Source: Raillietiella orientalis (lineage: Eukaryota). From it: DNA of 64,000 nucleotides. Made by a program: the position numbers and the translations under genes. Positions 35,811 through 46,220 of the stretch are shown here, in pieces. Within the stretch, counting starts at the first letter, position 1, and every line of letters starts with the position of its first letter. The DNA lies in NCBI GenBank assembly GCA_036172245.1, contig JAYWIR010000002.1:310001-374000 (forward strand), in the 5' to 3' direction. A model generated the notes under the pieces. That model was not told the DNA's origin. It ran no database searches and saw only the letters and a program-made list of their open reading frames with translations.

Positions 35811-37694
35811 ACTAGACGCGATCACCCAACCTCCGCCGCATAAGCACCACCTTGCCTCCGCAGCGCTTAGCCGGGTCCTGTTGTCAGCGGACTCTGGGAG
35901 GATCTAGGATGAGAAGGAGGAGGAAGAAGAGGGAAAGGCTCGCGACGCGTCGACTTCCGTGCGGGCCCGCGGGAATCGAGAAGGAGGGGTGAGCGCCGTA
36001 GTGGCCTCCGTTGTTGTTGGCTGGCTACTGCGGGACAGTCTCCCGCCGAAATCTCTCACGACGGGATGCGGTGGATCGCGGGGACGCATGGACTTCGGCG
36101 CGAAGGGCATTTCTCCGTCCTTTCTTCGGAGGGCGGAACTGGAACAGCTCCCACTAGCCCTTCGGATGAGAGGATGAGGGGACAAGACGAATCCATTGCC
36201 CGCTTTGCAGACCGGTCACTTGGTCTTCCTTGACGGGGCGGCAGCGGTAGGCAAGGAAGGCCTTGCAATCGAACTTGTGTCGAACGTCTTGAGGTCCCTT
36301 CTTCCCGTCACCGGGGAGGTCCGAGCGCTCGGTCATCGCCCTACCGTCCTGCGATTCGTTTTCCGCGGTCCCGGCTAATGTGAGTTGTGGGCAATCGGGA
36401 TGAACGGGATCCTAGGAGGAACCCGACCATCCTGTCTGGACGGCTTCCTCCGACCAAGATCCGGCCTCGATCTCCCGTCGAGAGTCGTCCTGGATGACTT
36501 TCATGGTCTTTGTCTCGGGAAGGACTCGGTCTACCGCTCGGCTCTTCGGAGATGCCGACCTCGAAATGGTGCGTTCTCCGACGTCTCTCCAGAGGGACGT
36601 GTCTTCCTGACCCTCTTTCCTAGAAGGGGATCGTGGAACGCGGAGGACGGTGTCCAAGGAAAAGGACTAGATAGGTCGCCGCGCGCTTCGCTCCTCCTCG
36701 ACGAACTCCCGGCAGCATGCGCGCTCTCCTTCGGGGCCGGCGGGAATGGGTGGACTGCGTTGTGCTCCTCTCGTGGAAGGTGGCGAGGAGCGAAGGTTTC
36801 AAGCCGATGACCGGCAGTGTCGCCTCTGAGATCGAGCCGGAGGCTAGCCGGAAGCACTCAGGAAACAAACAAACAAACATACAGACGAAGAAGAAAAAAG
36901 GGCCCTCGCAACTCATCCAGAGGCAGCAGCGGACCTTCCCTCTTCGCGGCAGCTGCGTGCGGCGGAGTGGAAACGGACGGGCCAGCATCCCAAAGTCCCT
37001 GCCCAAGGGAAGTCTCAATTGGCAGATGAAAAAGTTCTCTCGTCGGGGCCTGTTGCCTTCCCTGTCACATGAGTCCTCCTCCTCTTTTTTTTTTTTCCTC
37101 TTTCCTTCTTCCCCCCTATATTTTTTGCTCTGTATCGTGCCCTCTGGGCAGTTGCGAACTCTAAAGTTAATCGCCGCGGATGACAGAGGCGCCTCCCAAT
37201 TACAGATCCGTTCCGGAGGCTGAGCGAGCTTTCTGCCTCCCCATTGCTGGCTCTTCTTGCCCTCTTCCTCTGGGACGTTGGCCTCGTCTTCCGCCAGGAA
37301 AGCCAGGAAAGAGGGAGGGGAAGGCAGAGAGACTGGATCCCTAGCATTTGCTTCCCTCTTCCTGCTCCCGTGACCTGCACGCTCTGGGAAGGCTCCAGAG
37401 TCGTTTCCTCTCTCAAAGACACACACACACGAAGATGAAGGCTATCCCTTAGGCGTGAGGTGAGGATGCACGCGCAGTTTCGGCCGCTGCGGTTATGGGC
37501 GTTCGCCAAGTGGAAGGCTTCCGGTGAAGGATGCGGGCTGCAGAGGAACAAGTCTCATCTCCATGGGAACGCGGCCAGAGCTTTTGTAGACAACCCTGAT
37601 CAAGGGCAGTCTCCCAAGTCCACGCCCCTGACGTAGGGGCGGAGGGAAGTGCAGGCTGCCTTGAGCAGCCATCCACATATCCTCACTACGTTTA

Positions 37695-38447
37695 GAGTGG
37701 TGGAGGGTTTTCCCCATTACTTTGATGACCACACAGAGGTCATGTCCGGAGGGCGCAGTAGGGGGGGGGACAAGTCGAAAGCAGTCTCCCTCTTTTCCGC
37801 AGGCGGGACAGACAGGAAAGACCAGGTCCCATTTTCGATCTCGCCGCACACCTTCGGGGCGAGGAGTCGGGAAAAGGGATCTCGCCTATCGGTGACCGCG
37901 GACGACCGTGGTGACCGTTCGCATTGAGAACCGACGAAGCAAGGTCGCCGGAAGCTCCCATCCGGGAGCCAAGGTGCTGTTGACGCTCTTCTGCCCAAAC
38001 CCCTGCTCCAGTAGGGTTACGTTGCACATCCTCATGGCATTTTCTGTTCGAAAGCGTTTAATCAGGAGGAAAGGAAAGGCCCCATTGTTCCTTCCCTGTG
38101 CCCTCGTGGGACACACTCTAGCCTCTCCTGGACGAGTTTCTCCGGAGGAGGACTTCCTCACGAGTTCTCCGCGAGGTCACCAAATGGTCGCTCGGACTCA
38201 TTTTCTTCCGTCGAGTTAGATTTCCGGAGCTCGAGGGCTCGCTACCCCCCACAGTCACCGATCCCTTTTCACAACTACTCGTCCTGAAGAGGTGCGGCGA
38301 GATCAAAAATGGGACCGGGTCTTTCCTGTCTGTCCCTCCCGCGGAAGAGAGTGAACCTGCTTTCGAAATGTCCGCCCCTAATTCCCCCCCCCCCGGGCGT
38401 GACCTCTGCGTGGTCATTTGGGTAATAGGGAAAACCCGCCACCACTC
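37695..38447. repeat. inverted pair of ~200-bp repeats (37695-37896 and 38254-38447)
   Basis: The arms share GAGTGGTGGxGGGTTTTCCC...GGGACAGACAGGAAAGACCxGGTCCCATTTT...GAAAAGGGATC, roughly 80% identical by eye; the spacer is ~360 bp. Confidence 0.85.
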
Positions 38448-41318
38448 CTCCGGTGCGTCGGACAGACCGGGTATTAAGGGAAATCTGTCGCCATACTGAC
38501 GGCTTCCGCTCATTCCGTCCTCCGATCCGGTCCGTCACGAAGTGACCCCACGATGCCCGTTTTCCTCGCTGCTCCCTCCCCCCTCCTTACCCTGCGGCGA
38601 GGAGAGGGAGGGAGATCAGCGGCCGAGGGAATGCGTCGTCGTGGCGGCACGGCGCGCCTTCTCCGCTGCATCGCCTTCCCGGTGTCTGAGCTCGGCGAGT
38701 TCTCCCTCTTGGGTGTTCACGGAAAGCCAGAAGAGACCGGCAGCGACCTAACCTTGGGCGGGCCACCGCCCTGCCCGGGGGAACGCCTCGCGCTCGCATC
38801 GCCCGCAGCTGCGGACCCGATGCGATCGCCTCCGCAGTCCTCGGGGAAGGACCGAGACATCCCGGACTCGCGGGCGGCACCTCCCAAAAGCTGCGTGCAT
38901 GTGCACCCATTCCGCTCCCGATCTCTCGCCGCTCCAGGTTGCCCCTGGACTGCTCCCGGGATCTCTCACGGATGGAGGCATGGGAGGACGGGAGGGAGCA
39001 TCAGTTCGTGGGATCCCCCGCAGCTTGCGGTGGAAAGGAGAGCTCCCGAGTTCAAGAGGACGCGTTACGCAGCCATGGAGGGGGAAGGAGGGGGAATAAA
39101 AATTCCATGAGGGGAATCTCACAGGAAAGTGAGAGCTCCGAGCGAGGGTGTATGCGAGGACTGAGGAGTCCAATCGATCGAGCTGCTGAGGTGCGGTCGG
39201 TGCTCCATCGGGATGGACTCCGCGCCGGGCACATTCTGCCTCGCGCGCCCACACGGGAGAATACCCCGTCCGACGAGGAAGCGTTCCATCAGAGGCGGAA
39301 AGGGTGGATCCGCCCCTCCTTCCCTTCCCTTCTAGAGCGCCTTCCCTCTGAAACCCATGAACGAGGGAGACGCCGTCGCCGTTCCACTGAACCCTCTAGA
39401 TTGCTCGTGCATTCTTCGTCCCGGGTACAAGCCGTAGCGCCGATGCCTTTTCAATCAAAGTTCTGAGACGCTGTGCATCGGAGAGGCTGTCGAGCTATTT
39501 CCTGGGTCTCCTGGAGCAGCGTCTCGAGCACTAAAGAAGCAACCAGACAGTCGATAAGATAGTGATCGTAAATAGAGAGATGAGATATCGGGATGACACG
39601 CTCGAAATAGCTGTCATCCGGAGCGGCTAGTCAGTGTGGAAGTCCGCAGTCGTTCTGAGCCTCGGGATGGGAAAATCTTCTGCGGAGGAGTGCATGCGAG
39701 GAAGCGATCAGACGGAAGGGAAGCGGATAATTCCGTGGTGGAGGGAAGGAAGCAAGAACGGGATGGGATCGGGAAGGGGGGAGGAGAAGGAGGAGGAGGA
39801 AAATGAGACAGACACAGAACGGGACCTGCTCGGCGGAGTGGTGGTCGTAGAGAGTAGCCGCTTCGGGGAGAGCAGGTCGAGTCCCCGGCCCGATGGGAGT
39901 CGCCCGCACCTAGAAGACGAACGCAGCGCGACGGAGGGTGTCCGAGGGAGACCCGAATGGAGGGGAAGGTCAGGGGTTGAAAACTGCAGTGCTGCTGAAG
40001 TAGCTGAACTCCCATGTGGCGGAATTTCGTGCAGAGTTCCAAAAAGCGGTATCAAAGTGTTTGAAAAAAAAATGGTGACCATGTAAAAAAATGAAATGGG
40101 GATGTACGTGTTTGGAACCACCAATACACTTTTGTTTCTCTCATTTGTTCTTTCCTGATATCCGATCGCCATCACTTTGGAGATGCGCCTCGAATATACA
40201 TGCTACGTGCACATGAGGTGTACATCACACATGCTTACCGTAAATGAATTTTTCCAGACCAATTTGAGTTCCTCTCAAGCTGACGACACGTGGCATTCGT
40301 GAAAGGGTTCTTTGATCGCAAGAAATTTTTACCCGAGACAAATGCCTCGAGTCACTTCCCTTCCTCGTTCCGGCTTTTGGGGTGCCATCGTCGGTCTCAG
40401 CGTTCCTGAATGTTGCCACTCAAGGGTTCGGAATCCCAGTACCAGATTCTGCAGCCCCTTGGCACCCCTGCATCGGCAGCTCGCATCACTACGATGTGCG
40501 AGCGCCCCGCGATTGGAAGAGCCTGAAGACAAGCCTGCAGCTTTCCGTGTGAAGAGTCTGGATCGCCCTCCCCTGGGAGAAACGATAGCGTTGACCCCAA
40601 CCGAATGAAAATGCTCCGCAGGTGGGCACCAAAGGAAATAAGCAGTTGGCGTGGTCCAAAGCAGAAGATACTCTTGCCACATGAGTCCCGCCTGCTTCTT
40701 AGCTGCTGCGCCCGCTGCTCGGAGGTTGCGGAAATCTGCAAGAGAGACATTCCAAAGAGGCACCATCTCGGTTGCATCCCAGCGCAGGCTTCGGATCTTG
40801 GGGAAAAAAAGCTTCTCTCTCTCTCTCTCTCTTCAGAGTGTCCATTCGGTGGATGAGTTGGACCAGAAACACCAATCTGGCTCTTCACAGACCACCACCC
40901 GCTGCCCGATTTGTGAACAGATTTGTAGAGGAGCCGGCGAGCGATTAGCTCTCCGGATACATCAGGAAGAGCCACTCGGGAATCGCGCGGAGTTGCCTAT
41001 TTCGCTGCGGGCCCTCCGACTGCCAGGCAGCAGCTTCCCTCGTAGAGAGCGAGGCACGAAGACTACGCCGCTGCGCTCTCGCCTGTAGCCCGAGTCGACC
41101 CTTCCACCACGCGTGCGGCCGGTGGCTGCCTCTGCACCTGAGACGATGCGGGCGAGATCCGTGGTCGGCTCCCGAGCGCTCCTTCCCCGACATTTCTACT
41201 CACGTAGATGCCGCCCAAGTCAGCCAACCGTCAGTGGTCCAACCCATTATCCCCGATCATCCGCGCGGAGATGCTGCATACACGTGAGCGCGCCCTCACA
41301 TGTTTCGAGCGCGAATTT

Positions 41319-41541
41319 TCACCCAGCTGATAACTCTCGCGCCTCCATCATCGATGTGTCCATGGCAGTCGCATGCCGCTCGCAGCAGTGGTGGCGGACA
41401 TTGAACGCACGCAGCGTGGTGCACGTGACAGTGAGGTCAGTATCTGTGTGCTCTGCAAGTGTGCCGTGTACGTCCACGTGCTCGTCGGCTGAGAGCACCT
41501 GGACGGAATGCAGCCGCGCGCGTCTCATCCAAGGCTCCAGA
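41319..41541 (-). CDS. candidate exon 2 of an orphan small secreted protein (unverified)
   Basis: CTTCCCGCCACTCCAG acceptor; phase-2 ORF LEPWMRRARLHSVQVLSADEHVDVHG...HHCCERH...EARELSAG*. The phase matches the candidate exon at 48288-48385. No family recognised. Confidence 0.22.
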
Positions 41542-42049
41542 CTGGAGTGGCGGGAAGCTTCTCAGGAGCGAGGCTCGGCGCCGCCACCGCAAGGAAGCAG
41601 CTGCAAGCCGAGTTCCCGTCCTGCGCGGGAAAGTCGATCGGTGTCTTCTGGGGACGCCTCCGGAAGGCGTGCGGGCGCACGAACGAGCGGAGGAGGCCGC
41701 GTGCGAAGCATCCGGGATTTCTCTCTCCCGGGAACCTTCTCGCGAATGGCAAAGGAGGGCGGCACTCCAGAACGACGCGCGCGGTCTCTGAAGCCCGAGG
41801 TGGGCAAGTGCTGCTTTCTCTCTTCCCTCCCCTCCCCCACCATACCAAGGGGGGGAGAAGAGGGAGGGAGGAGGAAGTGCTTGTTCTATTTTATCTATTT
41901 GGGAGCGCAGGGAAGCACAGATGCGTCTGGTACTGACGTTCCAGTTTTTCCTGAGCGCATCAAGCAGATATTTCTTCCTCTTAATTGTGCTGCGGAGACC
42001 CCTTCACCGGAGGTCTTGACGCTGTGGGCGGAGGAGGGGCAGTTTCAGG

Positions 42050-42260
42050 CGTCGTCGCATTCTTTCTGGCCTGCCAAGTAGGGAACCGCGGTGCCAGATT
42101 CCGGACGTCCCGCTGAGAGAGGGGACCAGTGCTCTGTGTGGACCCACGCGGGAGCGGAGTGGTCCGATGTGGGGAGAGAAGAGAGATTGCCCGCGCTCTC
42201 ACAGATGCCACCTGGAGGAGCAGGTCACACCCGCCCCCGGCATCGCATTTCCCTCTGAGC
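42050..42260 (+). mobile_element. decayed repeat, probably LINE ORF1 zinc-knuckle region (second copy 46010-46220)
   Basis: Both copies share GGCCTGCCAAGTAGGGAACCGCGG...GGACCAGTGCT...ATGTGGGGA...TGCCCGCGCTCTC. The frameshifted GNR...GDQCSVW...CGE..DCPRSHRCH..GH resembles L1/Tx1 ORF1 CCHC knuckles (inference). Confidence 0.5.
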
Positions 42261-42597
42261 TTTCTTATGGCAGTTGACGAGGGACCCGCTTCTCCATTCC
42301 TCTCCTCCCTCTCCCTCAGGGGCCTTCCAGCAGACGACCTCTGGTTCCTCATCCCGGAACTGGACCCTCCTGAATGGACCCGCCCTGAATGCCTTTCGAT
42401 CTGGATTTTGCAATCGGAGCGGCGGGTCGTCCGTTAGCGCGGAAGCCGGATGCACTGGACCCTCAGTGAGCAGTGAGGGTCATCACTGGGTTGCGACCCC
42501 GTCTCAGGGAGAGTGCTCGAGAACTTTCCCCGATGCAGGGGGACAGTAGGGACGCTGTCCCACGCGCTTGCTAGCTCGCGTCGGAGGCCACGTGGCT

Positions 42598-43631
42598 TTC
42601 ACCCTGTGCACCGGGGCGTTTATTTAAAAACTATCTGGGAACTTTGTTCCCAAACAAAGGATACAGAAGAACGAAGGAAGGGAACCCCAACACGCAGGTC
42701 GGTAAAACCGAAAGTCCGGAACGGGAGAAGGGAGGGCACAAATAAATATATGAAAAAATATAAATAAAAACATGGGGGTCTTTGGCTTCGGCCGTTCCTT
42801 TCTTTCAGAGCCGGCGTTAGATGCCGGAGATCTCCTTCTTCGAATCTTCTGAAAGATGAGGCCACCTGACAGCCGATGTCATGTTGTCGTCGTCTATTCC
42901 GGTGACCTCCAAAAAAATCGCCTGTGACTCCAACTGGCGGCGGGCCGTGACGATGGCGCGGATGCAGCAGATTGTTGCGACGACCGCACCTAACGACAGG
43001 CCGTCTGGCGTGAAGAAGCGGCGCATCAAATCCTCGCGGTGTCCCCTTAGTGGAGGAGCTCTGAAGCCAGCCGCCGCCACAGTCCTTGGAGGACACCACA
43101 GTTGAAGAGAAGGTGCAGGAGCGTTTCCGCTGCTCCGCACCATCCACAGTTTGGGGAGGCAATTCCCCCAGAAATAATGTTCGTACGCTGGTTGCAATGG
43201 AAGCCCCAATGCACCAGCAAAAGCACGTCCTGTTTCCAAAGAAGGGGGAACACTTCAGTGTTCACGCACGAGGGAGGGACCACAAGTTCTTCGGGGGACA
43301 CACTGACGAGTTCGCGCCACCGAAGGAGTCCCTTCGCGATGCTGCGAGGCGTGGCGGCGTCTGCCAGCTCGCTAGTCCTCCAGCCGCCCATGCGGTCGGG
43401 TTGTTCCTGCTATCGTGCAGGCGACCTCCTACCTTGTCGGTAGACAACTGTCGTCTCTTGCCCTTGGGTAGACAGCGCTGCGGCGAGGGGCGTGGTGGCC
43501 AGGACGGTCCACTTGTCCTGGTCTTGCATCACATCCTCCAATGAAAAATAGGAGGAAAAGTGTAGGCAACGAATTTGAATTAGCGGCACTTCCCGATGCC
43601 TTACCTAGGACGATAACGCTTCCTGCCGCCA
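42598..43631 (-). mobile_element. 5'-truncated L1/Tx1-like LINE (alpha) with 15-bp TSD, inserted in SINE head
   Basis: CGWCGAAETLLHLLFNC zf-RVT motif and RWPHLSEDSKKEISGI C-terminus. It ends AATAAACGCCCCGGTGCACAGGGTGAA. TSD GGAGGCCAC(G/A)TGGCT at 42583-42597 and 43632-43646. Confidence 0.82.
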
Positions 43632-44140
43632 GGAGGCCACATGGCTGCGGTCTCGCGCGTGGCACCAGACATCGCGGGTTCGAATACTCGGAAAGAATCA
43701 ACTCCGAGAAATGAAGGGGTGAGTCGTGGGTTCGAGATCCTCCCTCAAGATGACACTGGTCGGCTTCTATTCGGGTGCAGCTCCGGTAGCGGTTCAAATC
43801 GTATGACCCCGATAAATGGACGGGATTGGGAGTCAACCCTCTGGAGTCCTTCCAGGAAACAGAATCAAGGCGCCCAGTTCTGTTAGAGGTTCCCCTCCAG
43901 TTGTTCGAAGGAACGAATCCTGATCCCTTCAGTGAGGACCCTTCGTCTGCACCATGGAGCTGGTAGATTGATGCCGCGTCTGCAGAGTGCAAAGAAGCGT
44001 GCCGCTCCCTCCAGAGAAAATCCGAAAGCATCACTTAGGGGATCCCTCCAAAGGCTTGAAAGGAATCGGACTGCGCTCTCCGGAACCCTTCTTAGATCCA
44101 TAGGGTGGTTACCTCCCGGGGTGCCTTCTATCTTGAGGAA
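43632..44140 (+). mobile_element. tRNA-derived SINE (first ~24 nt displaced to 42574-42597 by the LINE)
   Basis: B-box-like GGTTCGAATAC (43677-43687) and GGTTCGAGATCC (43729-43740). The body is co-linear with 707-1402 apart from an internal deletion. Confidence 0.78.
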
Positions 44141-44328
44141 TCACACCGGAGGGAAATGAGCCTCGTGCGGCGGGCCACCCGCCCAACCCTGAGCCGCAGG
44201 AACTCCGCCAAGGAGGCTCCGCGCCTGAGAGCACGCGTCGGTCTCCTCTTCGTCGCCCCGGGGATCTCCGTCATGGGTGAGCGGCGGTGGCGGCCCGAAA
44301 TGGCGAAATAATCACCTCCTGCAGGCGA

Positions 44329-45047
44329 TGCCACCCGGGTACTCCGGGACGTTTATTAAAAAAATGTTTCATTCGTCATTACAGCACGTGGTACAAGGCC
44401 CCACTAACGGCCACGCAATGCCGGACCTGCCGGGACGCCGGGACGCAGCCCGGTGTGGCTCTCCTCGGCAGAGGAAGGGGATGGGATTGAAAAAAAAATA
44501 AAATGAAATTAAGAAAAAAGAACAAACAAAAAGAGTTTGGAGGGCCGGGAAGGGATCACAGTCCACTACGGGGAGGGCCCGTCCTTTGCAGGATGCCTTG
44601 GAGGTCCATCTTCATTCTCCCCAGCTGGGGCCATCCAGTAGCTCTTTCCAAGAAGCGAACAGCATACGGGATGACAGCCATCGCGTTTGAATCCACTCCT
44701 TCGTCGCGGGTATCGCTCCAGGCCGCCACGATGCCTCGGATGCAGCAGAGTGCTGCCACGGCTGCAGCAGGCTGAAGGGCGTCCCTCACGAAGAGAAGAC
44801 GGAGAACGTTTCTGGGTTGGCTGCCCACCGAGAGCCCGAGGGTCGTCCCAAACCGTTCCCAGAGGTGTCGGAGCGCAGCACAGTCAACAAGTAGGTGGGA
44901 GAGCGATTCCCGCTCTCCGCACCTGGCACACTGAGGATCCACCGCTCCCCTTGTCCAGTGGAAGCGGCGTGAGTTGCAGGGTAAACCCCAATGCAACAGT
45001 AGCAGCGCCGATTCTTGACACTTAAGGGGCAGGATCCTCGATTCCAA
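44329..45047 (-). mobile_element. 5'-truncated L1/Tx1-like LINE (beta) with perfect 15-bp TSD
   Basis: LHWGLPCNS...CARCGERESLSHLLVDC...GWPQLGRMKMDLQGILQR. It ends AATAAACGTCCCGGAGTACCCGGGTGGCA. TSD ACCTCCTGCAGGCGA at 44314-44328 and 45048-45062. Confidence 0.88.
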
Positions 45048-46009
45048 ACCTCCTGCAGGCGAGGGGACAACAGAACGGCCGGATCCGGAATGCGAGGCTT
45101 GAGGGAACCTTCGGGCCAAGGAGGGCAGGCCGATCCGGGATCGGTGGAACGCCCAGCCCCCAACCCACCTCATCCCGACACACGGTCCTTCAGAAATCAC
45201 GTGGACCACCGTGAAGCCGCTCATTCCGCAATTACTACTTACCCATCAGCCCTCCCTACTGTCTTGACGGTCCTCTCTACTTCCGTCCCCAGTGAGGGTC
45301 GTTTCGGACCGGCCCACATCAGCTCCTCTTGAATGCACGAATTTTATTTATTTATTCATTTGAAAAGGAATGGTCCGACAATCCGGACGGGGTGGAAAGG
45401 TCCACAGCTCTGGGATGCAAAGCGTCTTCCCCCCTGTAGGTCTGACCCTAGTGAGGCCCTCTCTCGCCTTAGCTCCGAGCCAGCGCACATGGGATCCTTC
45501 CCTACAGCGTGGAGGACCGGCCCCGCCGTCTGGGATGAAGACATCCTTGGACCGTTCTCTGCAATCAGAGACCTACGACGGGACAGGCAAGCAAAAGCAG
45601 GATGCAGAGTGCTCTACGTGGACCGGAAAGTCCAAGGAGGGGCCGCCTACCTGAGCATCGGCTACAAAGGAACGTCGCAGCGTGGAGTGAGAGTGGGGAG
45701 CGGTCGACACGCATGTAGACCCGCCCTCCCCCTCAAATTAGTAAATAGGTGAATAAACACGAAAAATACGAGACGCCTTTAGAGGTGGAGGGGCGATCCC
45801 CGTTGATCCTCTGTTCCCTCTGACGGGAGGAGGACGCGAAAAGCCGCACGGAGGCCGAATCGAAGAAATGACGTCACGGTAGTGCGAAAAGCAGCGCGTT
45901 CTCGGAGGCTGCTGACTGACGGAACCAGAAAGGGACAGGAGGATGAGAGGCCAAAAAAGACCGCGGAGGACTGAAAGGGGAGGGTGGAAGGGGGGGGGGG
46001 TTTAGGCGT

Positions 46010-46220
46010 CATTGCACCCTTTCGGCCTGCCAAGTAGGGAACCGCGGCCGCTGGCTTCCAGGAGTTTGGCAGAGAGAGAGGACCAGTGCTACGTGGGGGC
46101 CCACGAGGTAACACGGGAACAGAGTATTCCAATGTGGGGAAAGAAGAAAGGATGCCCGCGCTCTCGTAGGTGCCGCCCGGAGACGCAAGCCAGGCCCCCG
46201 GTACCGCGTTTCCCTTTCTG
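46010..46220 (+). mobile_element. second copy of the 42050-42260 repeat
   Basis: Co-linear shared blocks with 42050-42260. Confidence 0.55.

Noticed and set aside
41322-41405. LRR N-cap-like frame QCPPPLLRAACDCHGH
   Set aside because: An in-frame stop lies ten codons upstream with no AG acceptor or in-frame ATG in between.
41319-41541. Wnt9/DWnt4-like N-terminus (C...C...MMEARELSA)
   Set aside because: I found no following CxxQF..RWNC exon on the minus strand between here and the receptor, so the resemblance is too weak.
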